A DNA stretch of 64,000 nt from an uncultured virus (IMG/VR IMGVR_UViG_3300032323_001173) (taxonomy: Duplodnaviria > Heunggongvirae > Uroviricota > Caudoviricetes). Positions 40,221 through 48,360 of this stretch are shown one piece after another (position 1 is the first letter of the stretch; every line of letters starts with the position of its first letter). The stretch lies in IMG/VR virus record IMGVR_UViG_3300032323_001173, one strand, 5' to 3'. The position numbers and the translations under genes are program-made. The notes under the pieces were generated by a model, which was not told the origin of the DNA, searched no databases, and saw only the letters and a program-made list of their open reading frames with translations.

Positions 40221-40584
40221 ACTAATGGCTCTCTACGGAGAGTTCATGGCGTGGGTGTCATACGCCAAAGCAGAATTGGTTGAAGCAGAAATCAACGAAG
40301 AGCGCCAAGCAAACAACTGTCGTGTTGTTGAGGCTAAATGCTTGATCGGTCAGTGGAGTGACACTGCTAAAGGTGACACCGTGACACTGGCTAAAGCACG
40401 CCGAGATGTTGACCCAGCCGTCATTGAACAGCAAGAAGAACACCTGAACTCTCGTGCGTATCGCAAGATGGTGGACGCCGTGTTTGAGCGTTGTGAACGT
40501 GGCGCACAAGTGTTGTCACGAGAACTCAGTCGCCGTATTAGCATTGCTCCGCAAGAGCGCAGACAAGCAAGGTATAACCCGTAA
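40060..40584 (+). CDS. Helical hypothetical protein (possible UvsY-like mediator)
   Basis: SD AAGGA; coiled-coil; C-terminal LSRELSRR. Confidence 0.55.
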   Translation: MRTILRPEPMTITKPQQDDSSVREKFNQKFTMPARPAGEIPQVPAYLDELSDAELMALYGEFMAWVSYAKAELVEAEINEERQANNCRVVEAKCLIGQWSDTAKGDTVTLAKARRDVDPAVIEQQEEHLNSRAYRKMVDAVFERCERGAQVLSRELSRRISIAPQERRQARYNP

Positions 40585-40817
40585 TGTGGTCATACGTTCT
40601 TGGTGCATTAGGCGTTACCGCTTTATTTACCATTGGTAAAAAGAAGTGGTACGGATGGGCTATGGCATTCACCAATGAATGTCTATGGCTCATCTATGGC
40701 TGGACGACTAAGCAATATGGGTTTTGCTTCGCCGCCCTTGCCTATGGTTCAGTAAACGCATATCACGGATACAAATGGAGAAAAGCACATCATGGGCAAC
40801 TACGCACGCTTGCTTAA
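40584..40817 (+). CDS. Small membrane protein (PnuC-like half transporter)
   Basis: Three TM segments; KKWYGW...W..YG...QYGF...YGYKW pattern. Confidence 0.6.
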   Translation: MWSYVLGALGVTALFTIGKKKWYGWAMAFTNECLWLIYGWTTKQYGFCFAALAYGSVNAYHGYKWRKAHHGQLRTLA

Positions 40818-40974
40818 TAATGAAACAGTTAATGCCATTGACAGAGGAGCCTGCCTTCTTGTCATTCACGACCTCGTAGAAGTAATTAAAGATTTTATGT
40901 GTGACCAGCCAGTGGACAAGCGTCATGCATTTAGATTGCTTGCTGAGGCAGACGGACTAATCAATGGGAAATAA
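40792..40974 (+). CDS. Hypothetical protein
   Basis: 60-aa ORF overlapping both neighbours. Confidence 0.5.
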   Translation: MGNYARLLNNETVNAIDRGACLLVIHDLVEVIKDFMCDQPVDKRHAFRLLAEADGLINGK

Positions 40975-41329
40975 GCACAAAGCAAAAGGGACAGCCTTTG
41001 AGACCTTGGTCAAGGAATACTTGATCAGTGCAGGTTTTAAGAACGCCCGCCGAACTGCTCTTGCTGGAGCGCAAGACACAGGTGACATCAATGGCATTGT
41101 GCGCCGTGTAACTGAACGTGAGGTTGCGATTCAGTGCAAAAACGACAAGTCATTCAACATCAGTGGCTGGCTCAATGACACGGTAGAGCAAGCGGATCGT
41201 TTAGGTGATGGGGTTCCTGCACTAGTTGTGAAGAGGAAAGGTAAAGGGGAAAAAGCATTGGGTGAATCATACGTTGTTATGCGTCTTGATGACCTGATTG
41301 AACTCTTAAAAGAGGCAGAGTACTTCTAA
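40964..41329 (+). CDS. Hjc-like Holliday junction resolvase
   Basis: KAKGTAFE...GDI...IQCKN...LVVKR. Confidence 0.8.
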   Translation: MGNKHKAKGTAFETLVKEYLISAGFKNARRTALAGAQDTGDINGIVRRVTEREVAIQCKNDKSFNISGWLNDTVEQADRLGDGVPALVVKRKGKGEKALGESYVVMRLDDLIELLKEAEYF

Positions 41330-41374
41330 ACTCTTGAAACAATTTAATCTTATTGTTTTACTAGGAGTACTACC

Positions 41375-41665
41375 ATGTCGCAAGACCTTAACGCCCCAAT
41401 TGAAGATGTCCTTAAAGTCTCGGGTTCCAGTAACCCACAGAGCGTTGGATCCATTCTCGCCCGTGCAGTCAACGCAGGGCAAGCACCAAAGATGCGAGCC
41501 ATCGGTGCAAGTGCTGTAAATCAAGCCGCTAAAGCCGCCGCTATCGCTAGGGGCTTTGTTGCCCCACGTGGTTTGGATCTCACTTACATTATTGGCTTTG
41601 ATGATATTATTGGAGATAACGGAGAAGCCATCTCGGCTATCTCATTTAAACCCGTAGTGAGGTAA
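41375..41665 (+). CDS. spoVS: Stage V sporulation protein S family (Alba-like fold)
   Basis: VLKVS..SNP.SV...AIGASAVNQA.KA.AIARGFVAP.G.DL...F. Confidence 0.92.
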   Translation: MSQDLNAPIEDVLKVSGSSNPQSVGSILARAVNAGQAPKMRAIGASAVNQAAKAAAIARGFVAPRGLDLTYIIGFDDIIGDNGEAISAISFKPVVR

Positions 41666-41667
41666 TT

Positions 41668-42264
41668 ATGGCTATCTTTAAGCGCAGTGGTTACAATGCA
41701 GGTCGTGGTGACGATCCACACGGTGTAACCTCTACTACTCAAACCCCTTTTGGACCAGTCACAACTCGCTCAACGGGTAAGAACACCCGTTACAACTTGA
41801 CAGAAGATCGTAATGAAGTTGGTCTTCGCCGTGAAGGTCCATCAAGTTACAAGTCATCGGTAACCAATAAGGTTTATATCAATTCTAGGGACTCCGTAGG
41901 CGATGGCAAAGTATGGATTGGTGAGGACACCCCATCAGGAAAAGCCCAAATGAAGTCAGACAAGCGTGACGAAAAGGCTTTGAAGAAGATCAACAAGCCT
42001 AGGGCAATGGAAAAGTCACGCAAAGCGGGTCAAGCATATGACGCCGCTAAATCTGCTGAGGATCGTGTAAACGATAGTTGGCTAAAGCCTGGTGGTATGA
42101 AATATATGGGCAGTGACCAAGAAGCCGCTGACAAAGAAACAGTCAAAACATTTAAGACTGGTGGTGTTAAAGCCACACAGAAGCGCATGAAGAAAGAACC
42201 GTCAATGGAAGATGACGCACGGGATGTACGCAATCAGCGAATCATGAAAGAAAATCGCAAATGA
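41668..42264 (+). CDS. Basic hypothetical protein
   Basis: SD GAGG; 198 aa, K/R/D-rich. Confidence 0.65.
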   Translation: MAIFKRSGYNAGRGDDPHGVTSTTQTPFGPVTTRSTGKNTRYNLTEDRNEVGLRREGPSSYKSSVTNKVYINSRDSVGDGKVWIGEDTPSGKAQMKSDKRDEKALKKINKPRAMEKSRKAGQAYDAAKSAEDRVNDSWLKPGGMKYMGSDQEAADKETVKTFKTGGVKATQKRMKKEPSMEDDARDVRNQRIMKENRK

Positions 42265-42869
42265 GCATCTTAGGACGTATCTCAGGCAGTTTGCCATTCC
42301 GTGGACAGCGTGGTGGTGCACCTACCCCTGCCCCTGCATCTGATAAAAAGGGTCCACCTCCAGGACCTCCACCAATCCAACGCCCTGCGGGTAAACCAGC
42401 GTCACCAAGTGGGGATAAGCCTAAGCCACCACCTCCACCGATTCAGCGACCTGCGGGTAAACCTGCTCCTGCACCTGCGTCTGACAAAAAAGGACCACCT
42501 CCAGGACCTCCACCGATTCAGCGACCAGCAGATAAAAAGACAGCACCAAGTGGAGACAAGCCTAAACCACCTCCTGCACCTCCTGTTCGTACAAAACCAA
42601 CGGGTGGACCTCCTCCTATCTCAACCAAGAGCCAAGCGGATAAAGATAAAGAGGCGATTCAAGCAAAGATTACAAGCGCTCGCATGACAGGCGACCAATT
42701 GCGAATGGCTGGCGGGCACAGAAGTGCTGATTCTCACTATCGTAAAGCCGATGAGATGGAAAGTCGTTTGAAGCAAGGTGCTCCGCAACTTGATGACGAA
42801 GCAATGAGCAAGATACGCCCATCAGATCACTTGCGTGACAACCCAGGAAGTGGTTGGGGAAGATACTAA
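42261..42869 (+). CDS. Proline-rich repeat protein
   Basis: Duplicated PAPASDKKGPPPGPPPIQRPA and SGDKPKPPP units. Confidence 0.7.
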   Translation: MSILGRISGSLPFRGQRGGAPTPAPASDKKGPPPGPPPIQRPAGKPASPSGDKPKPPPPPIQRPAGKPAPAPASDKKGPPPGPPPIQRPADKKTAPSGDKPKPPPAPPVRTKPTGGPPPISTKSQADKDKEAIQAKITSARMTGDQLRMAGGHRSADSHYRKADEMESRLKQGAPQLDDEAMSKIRPSDHLRDNPGSGWGRY

Positions 42870-42872
42870 CCC

Positions 42873-43040
42873 ATGGCTTCAAAAAAGAAGCCTCGCAAAC
42901 CTACTGTAGGTAGAACACCTGCATCTATGACAGGTGAACGTGGTGGTGCTCGCTATGCGATACGCCCTATCTCACCGCTAGGTGGAGGTACAATGGGTGG
43001 TCTGCTTAGTCCGAGCGGACAAGGTCAAACGGGCATATGA
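42873..43040 (+). CDS. Small basic/Gly-rich protein (55 aa, absent from the ORF track)
   Basis: MASKKKPRKP...; ATGA overlap with the next gene. Confidence 0.55.
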   Translation: MASKKKPRKPTVGRTPASMTGERGGARYAIRPISPLGGGTMGGLLSPSGQGQTGI

Positions 43041-43528
43041 GCAAAAACACTTTCACATCGTGGATGACACCAGCGGCGCAGAACGGTGTAGGCACACAGT
43101 CCGAATTCGGTCCACAACCTACATTCCGCAACGCTAAAGATCTAGCGCTGTCGGGATACCAACGTGGCGCTGACACACAGTATCCAGACGGATACCTAGG
43201 AACCATGTCGGCTAACCGCCGTCAAGACAAGATCCTTGGCTCACTCAGCCGAATGAATGCTCGCCAGTACTCACGTGGTGTGCACAAAGGTGAACGTATT
43301 AATGCGGGCGATTACCTATGGCCCGATGAGTTTAACCTTTATACTGCTCTTCAGTATCAAGCACAAGGTTTGAAGTTTGCTCCCACAGGTGCAGAGCCAG
43401 TGCGTCTTACTAATGACGGTAAAGTCGGTCCTCGTGGTATCTCACGAGACCAAAAGCGTGAAGAGGCTACAGAAATGAGCCTTCAACGCCGTTCACAACT
43501 TAAATCCTTAGCACCAAATTGGAAATAA
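43037..43528 (+). CDS. Hypothetical protein
   Basis: 163 aa; YPDGYLGT...RRQDK and Y.RGVHKGERI. Confidence 0.7.
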   Translation: MSKNTFTSWMTPAAQNGVGTQSEFGPQPTFRNAKDLALSGYQRGADTQYPDGYLGTMSANRRQDKILGSLSRMNARQYSRGVHKGERINAGDYLWPDEFNLYTALQYQAQGLKFAPTGAEPVRLTNDGKVGPRGISRDQKREEATEMSLQRRSQLKSLAPNWK

Positions 43529-43530
43529 CT

Positions 43531-43695
43531 ATGGCATCAAACAAGAAAGTTGAAAAAGTAGCCAAAGTACTTAAAGAATATAAAAAAGGCGAACTTCACT
43601 CAGGATCTAAGAATGGACCAGTGGTCACTTCTAAGAAACAGGCATTAGCAATTGCTTTGTCTGAAGCAAATCAACCTAAGAAAAAAGGTAAATAG
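43531..43695 (+). CDS. DUF6496-like small basic protein (absent from the ORF track)
   Basis: KV.KEYKKGELHSGS..GPVVTS.KQALAIALSEA. Confidence 0.75.
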   Translation: MASNKKVEKVAKVLKEYKKGELHSGSKNGPVVTSKKQALAIALSEANQPKKKGK

Positions 43696-43696
43696 T

Positions 43697-43786
43697 ATGT
43701 GTAAAGCATGTGGTTGCGGTATCAGCGACAAAAAAGACCCACGCTACGGCAAGGGCAAGCCAGCCGCTAAAAAGAAGAAGAAGTAG
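43697..43786 (+). CDS. CxxCGC micro-protein (29 aa)
   Basis: MCKACGCGISDKKDPRYGKGKPAAKKKKK; 1-2 nt gaps to neighbours. Confidence 0.5.
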   Translation: MCKACGCGISDKKDPRYGKGKPAAKKKKK

Positions 43787-43788
43787 CC

Positions 43789-43842
43789 ATGGCGTGCAAA
43801 GCATGCGGTTGTAACTGCAAAGATAAAAAGAAAAAGAAGTAA
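43789..43842 (+). CDS. CxxCGC micro-protein (17 aa)
   Basis: MACKACGCNCKDKKKKK; 2-nt gaps to neighbours. Confidence 0.45.
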   Translation: MACKACGCNCKDKKKKK

Positions 43843-43844
43843 CT

Positions 43845-44045
43845 ATGGCACGTGGAGAAGAGGCAGGACGGCACCCAAACCGTCAAGTAGGTCGTAATCG
43901 TGCGCAGGTACAAAGAATAGTTACGACACTTGGAACTAACCGTGATGAAACTCAGGCGTCATTTGATGCCACGAGTAATCCAGACGGTTTGGAACACCAA
44001 CTGTATAGAGGCTTCTTTAAGCGTGAACAAACTAGGTATCAGTAA
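43845..44045 (+). CDS. Hypothetical protein (MARGE..PNR leader)
   Basis: N-terminus shared with the next gene; TAATG coupling. Confidence 0.6.
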   Translation: MARGEEAGRHPNRQVGRNRAQVQRIVTTLGTNRDETQASFDATSNPDGLEHQLYRGFFKREQTRYQ

Positions 44046-44461
44046 TGGCACGTGGAGAGCGCTCAGAAAGTAATCCCAACCGCAAGGTTGACATGATGTC
44101 ATACATTAATCGTGTAAAAGACAACATGATTAACAAGGGTTACAACACGGACTTGGATGACCCCAACACGCCTGAGTACACGGGTCAAGAAGCACGTATT
44201 TCCGACTTGTCTCCACGCAACATTTACAGAGCCATGACAGGAGAAGGTGGTAAGCAACCACCAAAGAAACCTAAAACTAAACTTGGTGGCGCTGGTGATG
44301 ACAAGCCTAAAAAGAACGGCAATGACCATGCCCCACCATACGGTATCCCACGTCCTAAAGAAGGAAAAGGTGGGTTTATATCTCAAGAAACAGAACGTAA
44401 AAGAATTTACGGAGATAAAGAATCCCGTGAGGATAAGTACAGGAATGGTTGGTACAACTAA
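44045..44461 (+). CDS. Hypothetical protein (MARGE..PNR leader)
   Basis: 138 aa, hydrophilic; coupled on both sides. Confidence 0.65.
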   Translation: MARGERSESNPNRKVDMMSYINRVKDNMINKGYNTDLDDPNTPEYTGQEARISDLSPRNIYRAMTGEGGKQPPKKPKTKLGGAGDDKPKKNGNDHAPPYGIPRPKEGKGGFISQETERKRIYGDKESREDKYRNGWYN

Positions 44462-44835
44462 TGAGTAGTGAGTATGACGACCCTTTTGGTGATTCCCCTG
44501 CCCCAGCATCAAGCAGGCGTGGACACTTGTTTAATGGTATGAAAGGACATGTTTCTGACACGTTCTCACAACACCTGCAACCTATGGCAGAGACTGCACT
44601 AGGCAAAGCAACAGATTACGCAAGTAATAATCCCGACAAAGTAGAAAACATTGCAGGAAAAGCAGGAGGCATGTTGGGCGCTTCTATGGGTGGCGCTCTT
44701 ACTGCTAAGTTGGGTCAAAAAGCAGGAAAGAAACTTGGTCGTGCGTTGTCTAAAAAAGCACAGCAGTCACAGCAACAACAATCACAACCTTCCAGTGCAC
44801 CCTCCCAAGCATCCAGCGAATACGATCCGTTTTAA
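44461..44835 (+). CDS. Glycine-zipper protein with SSEYD(D)PF termini
   Basis: AGGMLGASMGGAL motif; TAATG coupling. Confidence 0.6.
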   Translation: MSSEYDDPFGDSPAPASSRRGHLFNGMKGHVSDTFSQHLQPMAETALGKATDYASNNPDKVENIAGKAGGMLGASMGGALTAKLGQKAGKKLGRALSKKAQQSQQQQSQPSSAPSQASSEYDPF

Positions 44836-44837
44836 CT

Positions 44838-45152
44838 GTGGCTCAACAACTCCCTAACGCACGCCCGTGGCAGTCTCATTCTGAGATGCTCGTTGACATG
44901 GCGTTGCAGACGGCTATCTCCGATCCAGAAACCATTCGCCAGATCCGCCCTGTGCATCCACAACAATTGTTTACTGTTCGTGAAGGCTACGCCAAGCAAA
45001 CTATGGGCATTATGGATGTATTAAACATTGATCGTTATGTAGCGTCTAACCGTTCGTGGGTGTCGGGCGCCCCTGTGATGTTCCGTGACGGAACGTTCAT
45101 GGAAGACAATTTCTCAGGATCTAGTCGCTACTCAATGCAGAGTTTGGGATAA
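44838..45152 (+). CDS. Hypothetical protein
   Basis: GTG start; tight packing. Confidence 0.6.
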   Translation: MAQQLPNARPWQSHSEMLVDMALQTAISDPETIRQIRPVHPQQLFTVREGYAKQTMGIMDVLNIDRYVASNRSWVSGAPVMFRDGTFMEDNFSGSSRYSMQSLG

Positions 45153-45154
45153 CT

Positions 45155-46123
45155 ATGGCTGACAACGACTATCTAGGACAAATACAAAATCAACGTCTTA
45201 ACCAGCAATGGTCAAACAGTATGGCGTGGACTACCCCATCGTGGATGCAAGGCGGGTTTAAGCAAGGTACCCCACAAGGTGGCGGTAGTACATTTAGAGC
45301 GCCTAACGCAGGTGTTCGCCAATCGTGGGACGGCGCAGAAATGCGTGATACTCGCACACGCCCGACCAATTGGAAAGGTGCGATAGAACTTTATAAGGAA
45401 TCATTAAAAGAAGACGAGGATGACGGATCATCATCAGGCAGTGGTTCCACCACCCCATCCACCCCTCCTGCAAGAGCACCAAGGCGTAGACCTGCGGGAA
45501 CTAGAACTCCTGCGGGAACGGCTACTCCTTCTACTACAACACCTACGGGAGGCGGAACACCCTCCACCACCCCTACAGGAACCACTCCTACAGGAACCGC
45601 AACGCCTACAGCAACTCCTGCGGGACGCTCCCGTCCTAGATGGATGCCACGGTTTTCTCCTTCTGTACCAGAAGAACCTGCCCCACCTGCCCCAATTGTG
45701 CCATCCACTTTTGAAGATTTAAACCCAAATCAACAACGAGTTGTCACGGCTATGGAACAACAGAGAGCACAACGCACGCCATCTACGTCTAGTTCTCAAC
45801 CAGTATCTGGTTCTCAACCAGCGCAGACCCCTGCGTTTGGTCCAATACAACGCACTCCTTCAGTGACGGCTACTAACCGCCCAGCCCGTACCCCAGCGTC
45901 CCCTTCTGCCCCTGCTCGTCCACCATTGACCGATTTACAACAAAAGGCTATTGCTGGTGTTCAACAGATGCGTGAACAACGTCAAAACCCTTCTGCCTCA
46001 AGTACTTCTGCAACTAGTAGTAAACCTGCTACAGGTAGTCGTGCTCAAAAGCGTGCCACTCCTTCACGGATTGGCAACTTTGGACAAAACCGTATTGACA
46101 CGAACCTCGCCCCCTTTAAATGA
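45155..46123 (+). CDS. Pro/Thr/Ser-rich disordered protein
   Basis: 322 aa; TP repeats, low complexity. Confidence 0.65.
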   Translation: MADNDYLGQIQNQRLNQQWSNSMAWTTPSWMQGGFKQGTPQGGGSTFRAPNAGVRQSWDGAEMRDTRTRPTNWKGAIELYKESLKEDEDDGSSSGSGSTTPSTPPARAPRRRPAGTRTPAGTATPSTTTPTGGGTPSTTPTGTTPTGTATPTATPAGRSRPRWMPRFSPSVPEEPAPPAPIVPSTFEDLNPNQQRVVTAMEQQRAQRTPSTSSSQPVSGSQPAQTPAFGPIQRTPSVTATNRPARTPASPSAPARPPLTDLQQKAIAGVQQMREQRQNPSASSTSATSSKPATGSRAQKRATPSRIGNFGQNRIDTNLAPFK

Positions 46124-46136
46124 TAGGATTAATACT

Positions 46137-46340
46137 ATGGCTGTAAACGAAAACCGCTCAATGAACAATGACCTTCGCCTCGGTGCCAAGGACGGCAAGT
46201 TTAAGACGCTTACCCCTGATCGTGGTGGCAATGTTGACCCAACCGATCCATCGGTACGTGCAATGGAGTTGCAATCACAGTACGGTCTCGTAGAGCGCAC
46301 CCCGTTGGCAAACGCTCCCGAAGCGCACATCCACCAGTAA
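46137..46340 (+). CDS. Hypothetical protein
   Basis: ATG 7 nt after TAGGAT; MAVNENRSMN. Confidence 0.6.
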   Translation: MAVNENRSMNNDLRLGAKDGKFKTLTPDRGGNVDPTDPSVRAMELQSQYGLVERTPLANAPEAHIHQ

Positions 46341-46341
46341 C

Positions 46342-46524
46342 ATGCGTCCCGACTTTCGGGGTAATCCTCAGGCAAACGGCAAGGATTACAGGCGTACATG
46401 CGTGCATTGTGATACTGAACAGGAATCTCACGAAGATCTCACAAACCACCTGTGCCAATCATGTCATACTGGAATGCTAACAACCCGATACAAGGGTATG
46501 CAGGATAAACTTTTCCCTCTTTAA
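46342..46524 (+). CDS. Small Zn-finger protein
   Basis: CVHC...CQSC. Confidence 0.55.
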   Translation: MRPDFRGNPQANGKDYRRTCVHCDTEQESHEDLTNHLCQSCHTGMLTTRYKGMQDKLFPL

Positions 46525-46538
46525 AGTAAGGATTAACC

Positions 46539-46784
46539 ATGGCACACGACCATCGTATGAACCCAGTAGGCGAACCATTTCGCAATCGTCCACGACTCAA
46601 TTACCAGTCAAAAGATGCCACACCATCGTGGGCTACTGCTATTAATCAAGGTATGAAAGATACCTTTACTCACGCAAAGAGCAAGGAAGAGTGGGCGGAG
46701 CACGATGAAGACCCATCAATGTATTTGGTCAACAAAATTGACAAAGCAATGATGTCAGATCCAACCATTAAAAGGATTAAATAA
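46539..46784 (+). CDS. Hypothetical protein (MAHxHRM leader)
   Basis: SD AAGGA; N-terminus shared with the next gene. Confidence 0.65.
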   Translation: MAHDHRMNPVGEPFRNRPRLNYQSKDATPSWATAINQGMKDTFTHAKSKEEWAEHDEDPSMYLVNKIDKAMMSDPTIKRIK

Positions 46785-46786
46785 TC

Positions 46787-47137
46787 ATGGCACACAATCA
46801 TCGCATGGAACCAATGAATGAACCGTTCCTTAACGCTAAAGCACGTTTGGCGGAAGATGCAAGAGCAGGAATGATAAACCGCATGAATGATGCTGGTCGT
46901 TATGGTGCATCAGGTTCTGTTGGTCCACGAGGCAGGGACAAGTATATGCAAGACCTCAAACGAGAAACAGCCGACCTAGGGTATGATCCTGAAAACATGG
47001 AGCATTTAGGTGCAGTACACCGTGTGTATGCGGCACATTTGCCTATCCACGATAGGCATTACCTCACAGGAAACATGGGTTTACCTGAAACCACTACAGC
47101 AGATGCTTTTGACTTTTTAAAGCCAAATAAAGGTTAA
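46787..47137 (+). CDS. Hypothetical protein (MAHxHRM leader)
   Basis: SD AAGGA; N-terminus shared with the previous gene. Confidence 0.65.
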   Translation: MAHNHRMEPMNEPFLNAKARLAEDARAGMINRMNDAGRYGASGSVGPRGRDKYMQDLKRETADLGYDPENMEHLGAVHRVYAAHLPIHDRHYLTGNMGLPETTTADAFDFLKPNKG

Positions 47138-47181
47138 TAATTTGTAGTAGGCTTCGGCTAGACCGAAGTTAGGAGCACAAC

Positions 47182-47646
47182 ATGGCTAACGATCAAGCAC
47201 ACCGTCTTTTGGTATGCAAAACACACGGCGTTATGTACAAGATGAAGCCGTATGACGGACCAGCGGAGTACGACCAAGAGTTGCGTGAACTCTGCGATCG
47301 CCACAACGCACAGGTACCAAACCCACAAGACTGCAACGCCATTATCTTCCGCACAGATGAAGAGACTGCCAAGAAACTAGACGCTGAAACAGCCGTCAAG
47401 GGCAAGTTAGAAGAAAATGACGTCTACATCCGTGACACTCGTGACGAATTAAAGGTAGACGCACTTAAGTGTTTTAATCGCCACAACCGTCCTAAGCAAG
47501 GTTGCATTGACTGGTGCGCAGACGACAAGACTATCGGTCGCAAGGTCGGCGTTCCTGTAGGTAAGCGTCAATACCTCTGCATGTATTGCCCCGCCGCCGA
47601 ATACTACACACACCGTCAACGCATTGAATTGGGATTCTACGACTAA
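47182..47646 (+). CDS. Cys/His-rich hypothetical protein
   Basis: SD AGGAG; C..H, CF..H.RP..GC.D and LC.YCP. Confidence 0.7.
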   Translation: MANDQAHRLLVCKTHGVMYKMKPYDGPAEYDQELRELCDRHNAQVPNPQDCNAIIFRTDEETAKKLDAETAVKGKLEENDVYIRDTRDELKVDALKCFNRHNRPKQGCIDWCADDKTIGRKVGVPVGKRQYLCMYCPAAEYYTHRQRIELGFYD

Positions 47647-48128
47647 TGATCATTATTTCGCTAGACGTCCTGTCGGTGCCTAGCCCAGTAAGTGATGATG
47701 TCGGAGCAAGGCAACCAACACCTGAAGGCAGGAAACTATGGAACACGCTGTTCCCTGCGTACAGTGGTCGTATGATGGTGTTTGCTCACGGTGTAGAAAA
47801 CCAAGACGGCTTGCTTAATTGGTTAAAGCGTGAAGGCTTTAAAGCCTCAACAGTTGATTTTATTACTGAAAACACTGTGGAATCAAAAGTTGAAAGAATT
47901 AGTAATCTTCATGCTGTTTATGGACGAATCAACTGGTACATTGACGTTGACCCTAAGGTTGTTGCACGTGTAGCCCACAACGGAATCCCTACACTGTTGG
48001 TAACAGTGCCACACACTGTTAGACCTGAATGGTCTGAGTCTCGTTTCAAAAAGGAATGGGGCGAGATTGTAGAAGAAACGGATAAGCAGGCTCTTGCGAG
48101 AGCGGAAAGGAACTGGGGCGATGTCTGA
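47646..48128 (+). CDS. Degenerate HAD-like protein
   Basis: IIISLDVL start; WYIDVDP...GIPTLL. Confidence 0.55.
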   Translation: MIIISLDVLSVPSPVSDDVGARQPTPEGRKLWNTLFPAYSGRMMVFAHGVENQDGLLNWLKREGFKASTVDFITENTVESKVERISNLHAVYGRINWYIDVDPKVVARVAHNGIPTLLVTVPHTVRPEWSESRFKKEWGEIVEETDKQALARAERNWGDV

Positions 48129-48360
48129 AATGGATTTTGACTCATGGCTTAAAATGGGGTTAGAGAACAAGTGGGTTGGTCCACCAGTGTGCTCAACGCA
48201 CGATGGACTTCCATCAACCGAGGACGAAGACATGGCATGGGACGAGGGCGATGACCCATGTATTCACATCTTGCGTCTTTATGTAGATGATCTTGAAGCA
48301 ATGCTCGTAGAGCAAAACCACAGCCCATCGGTGTGGCGTAAGGCTGGCTACGAAGAGTGA
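48121..48360 (+). CDS. Hypothetical protein
   Basis: CSTHDGLP...DPCIHILRL. Confidence 0.65.
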   Translation: MSEMDFDSWLKMGLENKWVGPPVCSTHDGLPSTEDEDMAWDEGDDPCIHILRLYVDDLEAMLVEQNHSPSVWRKAGYEE

